Below, in pieces: positions 24,506-37,221 of a stretch of DNA of 64,000 bases. The notes under the pieces were generated by a model. The model was given only the letters and a program-made list of their open reading frames with translations. It did no database searches and was not told where the DNA came from. Position 1 is the first letter of the stretch. Each line of letters begins with the position of its first letter. Source of the stretch: Octopus sinensis (lineage: Eukaryota); assembly GCF_006345805.1 (NCBI RefSeq), contig NC_042997.1, positions 201,686,001 through 201,750,000 on the forward strand. The letters run 5' to 3'. The translations under genes and the position numbers were made by a program.

Positions 24506-24947
24506 TATATATCAATTTCTTTTTCACAGAGATGTTATTCTGAGGTTTGTTGTGCCAAGTGTTTTCAAAAAAAAATAAATAAATAAAAGCGAAGATTATG
24601 CGAAGCATGAAAGAATCTTGACTTTATAAAATGAGCGTTCGCCAAAAAGTAATGTCCGACTAGTAAACTTCTGAGTCAAGCTATAAAAGATAAGTGAAGA
24701 ACCTAAACTAGTCACTTAGCTCGGAGTTCTTCATAATGGTTACGGTTAAAGGCTTTGTTGATGCCAAGGGTAAAATCATTGCTTGTGCTTAATTCTCAAG
24801 AGCGATAAATTGCTATTACATGACATGGGGGAGAATGGTGATTACTGAGGTAAAAAGAAAATCAACGTCATAAATATGATCACATTACAACCGTTTCTAT
24901 CTCTTTTAAGAAGTTGAAAAGGAGGACTATCGAGTTGTTGTGGCCAG

Positions 24948-24978
<31 letters not shown>

Positions 24979-25040
24979 AATTGTTGCTCGATTATTTGTG
25001 GCTTAAGTACCGTATTTGTGACACACAGAATGTGACAAGG

Positions 25041-25229
25041 TTGTATTTGATGGCTTAAAAGATACACGGACATATAAGACAACATCAGTTTCAGAAGGAT
25101 ATATTCAGGAAAAACGTTTTCCGTGCTGCATTAAAGCATCTAATATAAACCCGACTTCGCATATAAGATCCAGCGTGTGTTCTGAGACTCAGGGAGTGGG
25201 AAGTGCGTCTTATATATCGTCAAATACGA
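25041..25229. mobile_element. Possible pogo/Tigger-like MITE, degenerate
   Basis: Imperfect TIR GTATTTGA..TA.AAGA..CAC versus GTGCGTCTTATATATCGTCAAATACG. Confidence 0.4.
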
Positions 25230-25821
25230 TGTATGATAGCTGTAGGTCGAAGCAGTAAGTTTGAGAGCCGCACCTTCACTTTTCTTCTGGTTCACATCAA
25301 TAACGTTTTTTGCTAAACAGAAGCAAATATTATATTCCAAATTCTTGATATTATGATATCTGTGTCGATGTCAAATTTGACTTCGTATGGTACACGTAAT
25401 CGATATTTATTTCCTTGTTCTAGTTTCTTGTTTCTAGTTGAAAGTAACAGAAACAGATGCGAAGAACTTTTACACAAATCTCTATAAAAGAGTACCGATT
25501 GAAAAAATCTTGGTCCACTGTTAATCGGCCTTACCGACAAGTTCTTAAGCCTTTTACATGAAACTCATGATTAATGTCATTGAAAACAAATGGAGCGAAA
25601 TAAAAAATGACAAACGTTACACGATTACCTAACATTATGAAACAAACTAGACACCCAAAATATTTTACGAGACTACGACAATTTTTTTTTTATCTAACAT
25701 TTTTGACAAGACATCACTTCTCTCAAGAAAGGCTTTCCCCAAGACGTTAAAACTCTTATCTCTTAACGACACATCAAAGATAAGCATGGGACGAGTGACG
25801 GTAGACTCTGATCGTTCAAAA

Positions 25822-26005
25822 CTTACTCTTTTACTTGTTTCAGTCATTTGACTGTGACCATGCTGGAGCACCGCCTTTAGTCAAGCAAATCGACCCCAGG
25901 ACTTATTCTTTGTAAGTCTAGTATTTATTCTATCAGTCTCTTTTGCCGAACCGCTAAGTTACGGGGACGTAAACACACCAGCATCGGTTGTCAAGCGATG
26001 TTGGG

Positions 26006-26043
<38 letters not shown>

Positions 26044-26206
26044 GACGGGCTTCTTTCAGTTTCCGTCTACCAAATCCACTAACAAGGCTTTGGTCGGCCC
26101 GAGGCTATAGTAGAAGACACTTGCCCAAGGTGCCACGCAGTGGGACTGAACCCGGAACCATGTGGTTCGTAAGCAAGCTACTTACCACACAGCCACTCCT
26201 ACGCCT
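25822..26206 (-). mobile_element. SINE family B
   Basis: Full head-to-tail copy. Confidence 0.85.
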
Positions 26207-26732
26207 CTTAGTTAAACATTCTTACCTATCGATGGTGATTTAAATTAGTTGGTCAACATGTGAAATAACAGCGTTGAGCAAAAGGTGCTGTGGTATGTAT
26301 TCTGGCTCTCTAAGTTCAAATTGTTTCGAAGTTGATTTTCTTCTGCTTTTTTTTTATTAAACCTTTCCAGAAGTAACTGAATAATGGACCACTAATGTAG
26401 TGATTGTCGATTTCCTCGACTAACCATTCCTTCTAAATATGTGGCCTGGCGCCTATGTTAGGAATCAATATTACAAATATTACAGAAAGGCAGAAATTTG
26501 GCAGAACCGGTAGAGTGTCACGATGACTTCTTTGCGATATTTAGCAAACGCCTCATCGAAGTCAATTTTGCCTTTCTTCATTCTTGGGTCAACAAGATAA
26601 AATCCCAGACAATTATTGGTTCGATGCGATCAACTTTGTCTTCAAAAATAAGATTCTGTGCCTGTATCAAGACTTGATCTTAGAAACTGAAAAAAGAAAC
26701 CAAACACAAAGTCAATTGGAAAGATTGGGGAT

Positions 26733-26949
26733 TTACTCTTTTACTTGTTTCAGTCATTTGACTGTGGCCATGCTGGAGCACCGCCTTTAGTCGAGCAAAT
26801 TGACCCCAGGACTTATTCTTTGTAAGCTTCGTACTTATTTTAATGGTCTCTTTTGCCGAACTGCTAAGTTACGGGGACGTAAACATACCAGCATCGGTTG
26901 TCAAGCGATGTTAGGGGGACAAGCACAGACACACAACCATACACACACA

Positions 26950-26980
<31 letters not shown>

Positions 26981-26995
26981 TGTAAATATATATAT

Positions 26996-27028
<33 letters not shown>

Positions 27029-27215
27029 CACACAAACATATATATACATATATACGACGGGCTTCTTTCAGTTTCTGTCTACGAAATCCACTCACAAGGC
27101 GTTGGTCGGCCCGAGACTATAGGAGAAGACACTTGCCCAAGGTGCCACGCAGTGGGACTGAACCCGGAACCATGTGGTTCGTAAGCAAGCTACTTACCAC
27201 ACTGAGACTCCTACT
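26733..27215 (-). mobile_element. SINE family B
   Basis: Full copy with expanded internal microsatellite. Confidence 0.85.
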
Positions 27216-27239
27216 CCAATAAAACTTTTTAAAAATATT

Positions 27240-27908
27240 CTTTTCTACTCTAGGCACAAGACACGAAATTTTGGAGAAGGGGGCCAGTCGATTAGATCGA
27301 CCCAAGTACGCAACTGTTACTTAATTTATCGACCCCGAAAGGATAAAAGACAAAGTCGACTTCGACAGAATTCGAACTCAGAACCTAAAGACTGACGAAA
27401 TACTGCTAAGCATTTCGTCCGGCATGCTAACGTTTCTGCTAGCGCGCCGCCTTATCTTAAAAAAATATTCATTTCTTTATTGCCACAGGAGGCTAAACAT
27501 AGAGGGGACAAACAAAGGGATTAAGTCGATTACATCGACCCCAGTGCATAAGAAGTACTTAATTTATCGACCCCGAAAGGATGAAAGGCAAAGTCAACCT
27601 CGGCGGAATTTGAACTCAGAACGTAACGGCAGCCGAAATACTGCTAAGCATTTCGCCCAGCGTACTAACGTTTCTTATTTCTTTATTGCCCACAAGGGGC
27701 TAAACATAAAGGGGACAAACAAGGACAGACAAAGGGATTAAATCAATTACATCGACCTCAGTGCGTAACTGGTACTTAATTTATCGACCCCGAAATGATG
27801 AAAGGTAAAGTCGATCTCGACAGAATTTGAACTCAGAACGTAACGGCAGCCGAAATACTGCTAAGAATTTCGCCCAGCGTGATAACGTTTCTGCCAGAAC
27901 GCCGCCTT
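27240..27908 (-). mobile_element. Cluster of three SINE family A units
   Basis: Consecutive A bodies with repeated AAAAATATT flanks. Confidence 0.8.
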
Positions 27909-28310
27909 AACTTTAAAATTATATTTGTTTATTGTTAGGAGATAACAATTCGATCGTTTCAAGTCTCCTTTTCAAGTGAAGCATGGCTCTGTTCGAAATA
28001 TTTATAATTCTCGACAATTGCCAACGTTTCCTGAATACACTTTGTATCATTATGTTTTATAATCGGTGAATTGTGGCCCTTTATCTCCGAGTTATTTACA
28101 TTTCATACGTGAAGGTGCGTGCCGTTGGGTGAGGCGACTACTGGATTACATCGACCTAGTACATAACTGGAACTTAATTTATCGACCCTGAAAGAATGAA
28201 AGATAAAGTCAACCTCAGTGGAATTTGAACTCAGAACGTAAAGGCGGACGAAATGCCGCTAAGCATTTTGCTTGCCGTGCTAACGATTCTTCCAACTCGC
28301 CGTCTTAATG

Positions 28311-28343
<33 letters not shown>

Positions 28344-29271
28344 TAATAATAATAATAATAATGCTGGTGGTGGTGGTAGTGGTGGTGGTAGTGGTGGTGG
28401 TGGCGAGCAATTTTGAGAGGATAACAATGTTAGTTGATAACATTGACCTCAGTACTTGATTGGTACTTAATTTTATAGATCTCTAAAGGATGGGAAGCAA
28501 AGTTGACCTTGACGGAATCTGAACTCAGACTGTCAAAAGACCGATGGAAATATCAAAAAGCAATTTTTCCGAGGCTCTATTGATTCTGCCAGCGCACTAC
28601 TTTCATGATGAGGATGATGATGATGATGATGGTGTTGCTGTTGTTGGTGGTGGTGTTGGTGGTCGTGGTCGTGGTCGTGGGCGTTATGGTGTTCGTGTTG
28701 GCGTTGGTGCTGGTGGTAACGATGATAAGAAGCAGGGAGAGGATAAGGAAATAGCTAAATAAAATAAGCGAAAAGACAAAGAGAACCAGAAGTAATTGTG
28801 TTGCTCACATGAAATATAGTAATATGCAGATTAATCTTTTAGAATGGATAAAAAAAAAAAACGTAAAGATATTAGCCAGCCTGTTTGGTAAAAACTATTA
28901 TAAGCGTTTGTGTTCAGTTTTATCCAACACGCAAATTGAATTTAGCTTACGTGACAATATTCAATCAACTCTCTCATCGCTTACTCCACAAAGCTGATAC
29001 ACACAGTTTCGGCCATTTATCTTATTAGTCTTTGCAAGTGATCCTCTTCACTGTCACGACACAGCGAAATTGTTGATTAGTCGATTTTCATATTATTAAA
29101 GGACATATATGTAGGTATTTGCAATAGCTAATATCGAAATATCTCTTCCTTGGCTTCTCGTCCCAGAAACAAAATTATAAAGGGTTTCGCAAAAATATGT
29201 ATACAGCAAAGAATGGAATTCGAGAAACTGGAGGACAGAATAGAGTCTTAAACTTAGTTTTAGTTTTTCCC

Positions 29272-29560
29272 TCACATTAGACTTGCACATCGGGCCGTGG
29301 GACGTTTCCAATCATCCTGGTTTCGAGCATAGTCGCCAACATCTTCGCAGGTGATGTTAGGTTGCTTAAAATCTTCTTTGAGGATTTGTGCGCCATGTCT
29401 TCTTGAGTTTTGTTCTCTTCCTTCGTCCATACGGTGGCACATATTGTGTAGCTGTCTTGGGTATTCGTTTTTCGTGCAGTCGGGAAACACGACCTGAAGG
29501 CCTCACCTTTCTTTCCACCACAATCTTCAACAGAATAGAGTACAACACGCTAAATATTCA
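29272..29560 (-). mobile_element. RTE-clade LINE C-terminal remnant
   Basis: GRVSRLHEKRIPKTATQYVPPYGRRKRTKLKKTWR..LKEDFK...ARNQDDWKR resembles the RTE ORF end (GHV.RM..R.PK..G.R.RGRP..TW..A..R..W). Confidence 0.65.
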
Positions 29561-29589
29561 ATATTCGCCATGTTGGACCGCTGAACTCT

Positions 29590-29760
29590 ACAAGTTTTTT
29601 TTCCTTCTCTCTCTGCATATGTTTTCTTATTCTTTTCTGTTGAAGAGCGTATGCTCGAAACATAAAGAACTTTTTCATTTTTCCTGAGTGTGAAACTAAT
29701 ACACTTGATTGTTGTTCATACACCTGTCTACGTCTTTTGTTATTCTATAAATTTCAAATA
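29590..29760 (+). mobile_element. PLE-like pLTR fragment with mutated hammerhead (29631-29668)
   Basis: TCTTTT-CTGTTGA-A-GAGC(GTAT)GCTC-GAAA-CA-TA-AAGA; homologous to 7647-7753 and related to 60975. Confidence 0.6.
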
Positions 29761-30048
29761 AGAATTCAATATGTTGTCCATACTCATTGGTAATTATAAT
29801 TAATCGTGTTAAGACCAACTTTGCCTTTCACCTTTCTGGGATCGTGTGTATATGACTGCCACTCCACTGACTGCGACAAGGAGTGTTCCGGCTCGTGGAA
29901 TTTGCGTGCAAATAGTTGAGTGCGCGACAGATACGTGTACCATTAATGTAGTTCGCAGAGAGTTTCGGAGTGATACAGAATGTGACAAGCGAGACCTTTT
30001 GAAATACAGGCACAACTCATTGTTGCTAGCTGAATGGACTGTGCATAT

Positions 30049-30083
<35 letters not shown>

Positions 30084-30105
30084 ATATATATATATATTAT
30101 ATATA

Positions 30106-30160
<55 letters not shown>

Positions 30161-30164
30161 ATAT

Positions 30165-30830
30165 AGCAATAATAATTCTCTAAACGAGATATAGACAGTA
30201 ACTGCTCCATAACACCGCTCCTCGACGAACAACTCTCTGTGCAGGATATATATAAAGATTTTCACAGTAAATACATTTACTGATGTAGAAAATCCGTTCG
30301 ACAGCAATAATTCTCTAAACGAGATATAGACAGTAACTGCTCCATAACATAAGGGACGTTAGCCATCTGAATGTGGCTAGGGATAGGGCAGGGCGGTGGG
30401 GGTGTTACTGATGCATTTAGCCCCAGGCGATCATCAACGTCACCAGGAGGACTGACGCCATCACGGCGTCCTCTAGCCTGCAAAGGGAGATAATTCCCCG
30501 AAGAAGCGGATGCCACATACGGACCTAGGTTTCAAGGTATTTGCCTATTATCAACGCATGGCAGGCACCGCTCCTCGACGAACAACTCTCTGTGCAGGAT
30601 ATATATAAAGATTTTCACAGTAAATACATTTACTGATGTAGAAAATCCGTTCGACAGCAATAATAATTCTCTAAATGAGATATAGACAGTAACTGCTCCA
30701 TAACATAAGGGACGTTAGCCATCTGAATGTGGCTAGGGACAGGGCAGGGCGGTGGGGGTGTTACTAATGCATTTAGCCCCAGGCGATCATCAACATCACC
30801 AGGAGGGCTGACGCCATCACGGCGTCCTCT
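30165..30830 (-). mobile_element. Retrozyme-like tandem repeat (~353-nt non-coding unit with a hammerhead) inserted in (TA)n
   Basis: Unit 30303-30655 partly repeated at 30656-30830, 30215-30302 and 30165-30214; (TA)n on both sides; homologues at 61549 and 60421. Confidence 0.8.
30511..30563 (-). ncRNA. Type I hammerhead ribozyme, U3:A8 core variant
   Basis: Reverse complement: TGCCA-TGCG-TTGATAA-T[AGG CAAATA CCT]T-GAAA-CCTAGG-TC-CGTA-TG-TGGCA; bulged stem I, palindromic stem III, GUC site between 30522 and 30521. Confidence 0.75.
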
Positions 30831-30892
30831 ATATATATATATACGTGTGTGTGTGTGAATGCTTGTTTTTATGCTAAGTTACATATTAAAAC

Positions 30893-31190
30893 GTGGGGGC
30901 ACCTGGCCTAGTGTTTAGAGCAGCGGACTCGCGGTCGAGGGATCGCGGGTTCGAATCTCACTCCGGGTGTTGTGTATGTTTATGAGCGAAACATCTAAGC
31001 TCCAAGCAGCTCCAGCAGAAGGTAATGGCGAACTTCTGCTGACTCTTTCGCCACAACTTCCTCTCACTCTTTCCTCCTGCATCTTGCAGCTCACTTGCGA
31101 CGGACCGGCGTCCCGTCCAGGTGGGGAACCTATACGCCAAGGAAACCGGGGAACCGGCCCATTATGAGCCAAGCATGGCTCGAGAAGGAA
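30893..31190 (+). mobile_element. SINE family C (head C1-like, tail T3)
   Basis: Ends GAGCCAAGCATGGCTCGAGAAGGAAC; TSD-like ATATTAAAAC. Confidence 0.8.
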
Positions 31191-31994
31191 CAAACATATA
31201 TTAAAACAATTTAATACAATAACAAAAGTTTCTCCTCGCGCTTCTTCAAAATTGTATTAAACTTTTGAAAAATACTGCAAATAAATATAGCTATATCGGA
31301 TAACATGAAGAAGGTAAGTATAAAGAGAATCAGATAGAGAAGGGGAATGAAACAAGGGAGAGAGAAAGAGAGAGGAATGTTAAGAGAAGGATGGTGAAAG
31401 TGGCATCTTACAGATAATCCGCTATATCAATAGAAACGGACTAATTTTTCTAACAAAAAAACTGACGTTATACAATTGTTCAGACATAACAACATTTAGA
31501 TTGCTGTAAAAAAATACGAATATGGGTAATAATTTCGTAATTATGTATCGCCGACATAAAAGACAGACAAAAGGGTAGTGATGCTTTAGACTAATAATTG
31601 GAAGATAAATGTTTTAAGATATATTATTATTTAAAGTGTTTTGAAGAAAAATAAAGTTTAAATCATAAAATGAACTCAGATAAACCGAAAAAGAGATAAG
31701 AAAACAAAAGTGTTAGAATAAAATTAACGTCTTAAATATATTTTCAAAATAACGATAGTTGAGAGTTTCGTAATAAAGATTGGGTTATTTACAATCGGGT
31801 TAAGTTAAGTGTTGTTGTCAGGCAGTCGCTTTCAAGGTAAGAAATGAGGTTATGTTTTGAAGGAATTGCAAAAGATAAAGAAATACAAATGATTAAATAT
31901 TGAGTTAAATTAAGTTCTGAAAATGAATGAACAGACGATAAATAACCAATGACTTCGTAATTGGTTCTGTGTTGGGGAGGAAGCATCACAATAT

Positions 31995-32236
31995 ACTCTT
32001 TTACTCTTTTACTCTTTTACTCTTTTACTCTTTTACTCTTTTACTTGTTTCAGTCATTTGACTGCGGCCATGCTGGAGCACTGCCTTTAGTCGAGCAAAT
32101 CGACCCCGGGACTTATTCTTTGTAAGCCCAGTACTTATTCTATCGGTCTCTTTTGCCGAACCGCTAAGTGACGGTGACGTAAACACACCAGCACCGGTTG
32201 TCAAGCAATGCTAGGGGGACAAACACAGACACACAA

Positions 32237-32313
<77 letters not shown>

Positions 32314-32478
32314 CATATATAAGACGGGCTTCTTTCAGTTTCCGTCTACCAAATCCACTCACAAGGCTTTGGTCGGCCCGAGGCTATAGTAGAAAACACT
32401 TGCCCAAGATGCCACGCAGTGGGACTGAACCCGGAACCATGTGGTTGGTAAGCAAGCTACTTACCACACAGCCACTCT
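31995..32478 (-). mobile_element. SINE family B, young, with long (GTAAAAGA)n tail
   Basis: About six tandem TACTCTTT tail units. Confidence 0.9.
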
Positions 32479-32699
32479 TGGTTCCACGTTTTGGCACAGG
32501 GTCAGCGTTTTCAGGGAAGGGGCTAACTGGTACTTAATTTATCGACCCCGACAGGGATGAAAAGCAAAGTCCACCCCAGCGGAATTTGAATTCAAAACGT
32601 AAAGTCAGAGCGTAAAATGCCGCTAAGCATTCTGCCTGGTATGCTAACGATTCTGAACGATCGCCACCTCTTAGGAAACTAATATCATGGTTTAATAGT

Positions 32700-33000
32700 T
32701 CCATTTTGGATAAAATGGAAAAATCAAATATCTCATTCAGTGCTTGGTATCAGTGGGGCTTTGATATTAAGCCATCGTACATTCTAAATTGCACATAACA
32801 GGAATACCTTTAAGATATGATGGCTTCATTATATCCTAAAAAATCAACCCACAGTGAAATGAAAGAGTTGAGAAAATATATTTAGGTTCTTCAAAGATTT
32901 GGGATTAACTATTACGATCGAGTCATTTCTTCAAACAAATAAGTATTCCCAGATGCTGCAAAATATTATAACAATGCTCTTGTAGCGATGATTTGGCCAG
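32700..33000 (+). pseudogene. Decayed Penelope-like RT fragment
   Basis: ..DGF...KKSTHSEMKELRK..RFFKDLGLTITIE and F.DAAKYYNNAL resemble PLE RT/thumb motifs. Confidence 0.55.
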
Positions 33001-33054
33001 ATTTGAATCATCTCGCATGAATTTCCAGTTAAGAACCACTACTAAATTATAGTC

Positions 33055-33451
33055 TTTTCTACTATTGGCACAAGGCCTGGAATTTTTGGAGAGGGGGACA
33101 GTCGATTAGATGGACCCCAGTATGCAACTGGTTCTTAATTTATCGACTCCGAAAGGATGAAAGGCAAAGTCGACCTCAGCGGAATTTGAACTCAGAACGT
33201 AACGGCAGACGAAATACCGTTTTCTTTACTGCCCGCAAGGGGCTAAACACAGAGAAGACAAACAAGGACAGACAAAGGGATTAAGTCGATTATATCAACC
33301 CCAGTGCGTAACTGGTACTTATTTAATCGACCCCGAAAGGATGAAAGACAAAGTCGACCTCGGCGGAATTTGAACTCAGAACGTAGCGGCAGACGAAATA
33401 CCGCTAAGCACTTCGCCTGGCGTGCTAATGTTTCTGCCAGCTCGCCGCCTT
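33055..33451 (-). mobile_element. SINE family A dimer with TSD
   Basis: TSD CACTACTAAATTATA near 33037 and 33453. Confidence 0.85.
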
Positions 33452-33838
33452 AGCACTACTAAATTATATTGCCGTAAAAAGCATGCCTGGTTCATTGAAA
33501 GGACAGAATCCCGCGAAAATGCTTAGCAACCAGTCAGCATCGGCTGATATAGATTAACAGTGACAAAAATTAAAGAAAACTAATATAATCATCTGGCCAT
33601 ATTGCTTCTAGAAGGTTCTAGAAAAACAATGTCTTGTCCGATGTTATAAAAAATAGGAAATCTGAAACTCACAGCAAATCCAACAGAGATTCTACAGGAA
33701 AACTTGTCACTTTGTTTCGGAACACAGGCTATCATTTTCCACTTTTCCTTACATAATATACAATGAAAATTCATACATGTAGGACAGGGGTAGTTTCTCC
33801 TGTTTTAATGTCGACATACATAAATATATAAGTATGTA

Positions 33839-34803
33839 CAGAGCACGTAAGGTATTTGAGGACATACCTTTATTGGGTCATTGCTGCATTTTTTGGCTAA
33901 CTCTGTATAATCTTTGTTTCAGAAAATAGTAATGGCAGACTCTCAGCTTACTCAAGAAATGAAGAGGCATGCTGTTGTTGTGGTTATAAAGGCTGAGCAT
34001 AGTGATTTAGAAATATCTCGATTTTTAAAATTTGACTTATCTTTCGTCTACAAAGTTTGTAAGGAGCTAGAGACTGAAGATGGAAACGTATCACCAGTAT
34101 CAAAGCATAAAATATTTGGTTTTTCTCAAACGAGAAAAGCTTTGATCAAGATCAAAAAGTTAACAGAAGAGATGATAGATGGTTATATGCAGATCCTTCT
34201 GAAGTTCCAAGTGTTATGCATACAAAATTTCCTGCAACTGTCATGGTTTTAGGGGTTGTTAGCAATGAAGGACATGTGATGCCTCCATACTTCTTTCCAT
34301 TAGGCCTTAGAGTTAACTTTGCTACCTACATTGAGGTCCCGGAAATAATTGTTAAGCCCTGGATAGACAGTGTATGCAATGGAAGGCCATAAGTGTTTCA
34401 GTAAGACTCTGCACTATCACACATGGCTCTAGTAACACAGGAATGGATGGCTGAAAATGTTCATGATCACGTAACTCCTAACATTGACCCCCTAATTCCC
34501 CAGATATCAATCCATTGGTGAGAGAGGGGTTAATGAACACGTCCATAATACCAAAGATTCTTCGAAAGCTGCCATAGTCAGAGTCATGTCCAAAATGAAC
34601 CAGGACCACTTGATTCGAGCATGTAGATGATTTAGATGTCATATAGAAGCAGTTGTTGAAAGGTGGCTTTATTGAATAACATTATAGGAAGGCTTTTTCT
34701 TTATCCTCAATATTTTTTTTTATAAATAAAGTTATTATCTGTTATTATATATGTTTTTTTTTATATAAACATAAATCTGTTCTCAGATATCTTACGCACC
34801 CTG
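33839..34803 (+). mobile_element. Internally deleted Tc1/mariner DD37D (maT-type) transposon
   Basis: TA-flanked TIRs CAGAGCACGTAAGGTATTTGAGGACA / TGTTCTCAGATATCTTACGCACCCTG; ATG at 33932, WFFSNEKSF, VMVLGVVSNEG, FQ*DSA..PPNSPDINPL (37-aa spacing), stop 34677-34679; many lesions. Confidence 0.85.
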
Positions 34804-35524
34804 TATATACATACATAGTCATAATTATTTGCATTATTCTCTACTGTTTATAATGATTTTTTCTTCAATAGGCGCAAAGCCTGAAATTTTGCGGGAGTGT
34901 GTAGTCGATTACATCAAGCCCCGTGATCGACTGGTACTTATTTTATCGACCCTCAAAGGATGAAAGAGAAAAGTCGACCACGGCGGAATTTGAACCCCAG
35001 AATATAAAGACTCACAACACACCACTAATCATTTCTCCAGCGTGTTAATGATTCCGCATGCTCGCCGCCTTCCTTATTGATTATAATAATAGACACATGT
35101 AGCAACAGATTGAACTGGAACTTTCTCTTTATCTTTCACATTGCAAAGCCTTTAAGTATTACATATATCCTTGCAAAAATGGTTTTCAATATGATATAAA
35201 TATACTTTGTACATAAATAATGTATAAAAGGTTTGATATAAGAAATGTGTGGAAACTCTTTTACACTTTTACTTGTTTCAGTCATTTGACTGTGGCCATG
35301 CTGGAGTTCCGCCTTTAGTCGAGCAAATCGACCCCATGACTTATTTTTTGTAAGCTTTGTACTTATTCTATCGGTCTCTTTTGCTGAACCGCTAGGTTAC
35401 GGGGACGTAAACACACCAGCATCGGTTGTCAAGCGATGTTGGGGGGACAAACACAGACACACAAACACACACATACAAACATACATACATATATATATAC
35501 ATATATATACATATATATACATAT

Positions 35525-37221
35525 GTTAGGTTCCTTGGTAACGTAATTTTGTTTGGTGTATATGTTGAGGCTTATATGTACTTATAGGTATGTGTGAATG
35601 AGGTGGGTATTTGTATTTGTTATGGGTGTGTGGTTTACGTGTGTGTATTTGTGTGTGAATGTATAGGTTAAAGGGATTGCTATATAGGTATGTTATAGGG
35701 TTTAGTAAAGGGAGGTTTTATCATTTATGTTTTTATGAGTTTTAATTTATCATGGTAGTTTTATTAAAGAATCCATTCATAATTTTTTAAAATAATGTTA
35801 GTTTACCGCGTGAATATAATTTTTAATTCCATTTATTCTATTTCTCCATTCATAATTTTAAATGACGTTTGCTTCCATAGCGCGTATTCTTTTTATACAT
35901 ATGTTAGGTTCCTATGGTAACGTAATTTTGGTTTGATGTTTTTAACGGCTTAGAATTTAATTTCACTTCATAATTTGAAACTGACTTGAAAGTATGTATA
36001 TTATTTCTCCTTATGTCATATTGTTATTTTTGATATTCTGGTTACTTACGATGTATTTTATATATCGTATTATGTGTAATAATGTTGTTTTTCTTTGGAG
36101 TGTTTATGTATGTGGGATTGTGTGTGAGTGTGTGTGTATTTTAGTTGTATAATTTATTTATCTGTATGAGTGTGGGTGTGTTAATATTGTTGTATATATC
36201 GAGTTTAGTGAGTATGTATATGTATATGGTGTGTGTTTTACGTATGTATATTTGTGTGTGAATGTGTTTATGGGTTTGCTATATAGGTTTGGGGATGTAT
36301 GTGTTTATTTATCTGTGTGGGGTTGAGTGGGTTTTTGGAGTATATATTGAGGTTTATATGTATGTATAGGTATGTGCGAGTGAGGTGGGTATTTGTATAT
36401 GTCGTGGGTGTGTGGTTTACGTGTGTGTATTTGTGTGTGAATGTTTAGGTTAGGGGGATTGCTATATAGGTATGTTATAGAGTTTAGTAAAGGGAGATTT
36501 TATCATTATATGTTTTTATGAGTTTTAGTTTATCATGGTAGTTTTATTAAAGAATTCGTAGTAATTTATGTCTATTTACGATGTCTGTTATTTTATTACA
36601 TTATTTCATTCATAATTTTTAAGTAATGTTCATTTTACCAAGTGAATATAATTTTTAATTCCATTTATTCCATTTCTCCATTCATAATTTTTAATGATGT
36701 TCGTTTCTAGAGCGGGAATGTGGGTTGTATGTGTGTGTGAGGGAGTATGAATAAGTATTGTGTTGAAGTATTTGGCTATTTTATTTATTTATCGTTGCCT
36801 AGATGTTTTTATGTGTATGTATAGGGATATATATATAGGTGTGTGATTTAGTGTATGTATTTAGATATGGTTATATATAATTAGTTATATGTGTATGGGT
36901 GTATATATAGTTTATTTTTTGTTTTGTTTTATATTTAATTGTTGATAGGTTTATTTTAGTTTATATATTGTTTATATATTGATTATATATAGGTTATATA
37001 TAGATTATATATTTATATTTTTTCATTAATACTTTAATTATTTTAAAATTATTATTTTTATATTTTAAAATATTGATATTTTAGATTGGAAGTCCACCTG
37101 AAGATTGTCGATCAGGACAAGAAACAATTGTAGTGGCGGTTTTTTTGACTTTTTATTAAAATTTTATGTATTGATTAAGTCTTTCCTTGTTTGTTTTGCA
37201 AAATAGTGGTTTTCTCTCTAA

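Noticed and set aside
24691-24718. TAAGT-GAAGA..AAA-CTAG-TC-ACTTA
   Set aside because: The core is truncated and stem II is absent; it may be a relic but cannot be supported.
30165-30830. CRISPR-like or satellite interpretation of the repeats
   Set aside because: There are no short repeats with unique spacers, the context is eukaryotic and the unit is dispersed elsewhere in the window.
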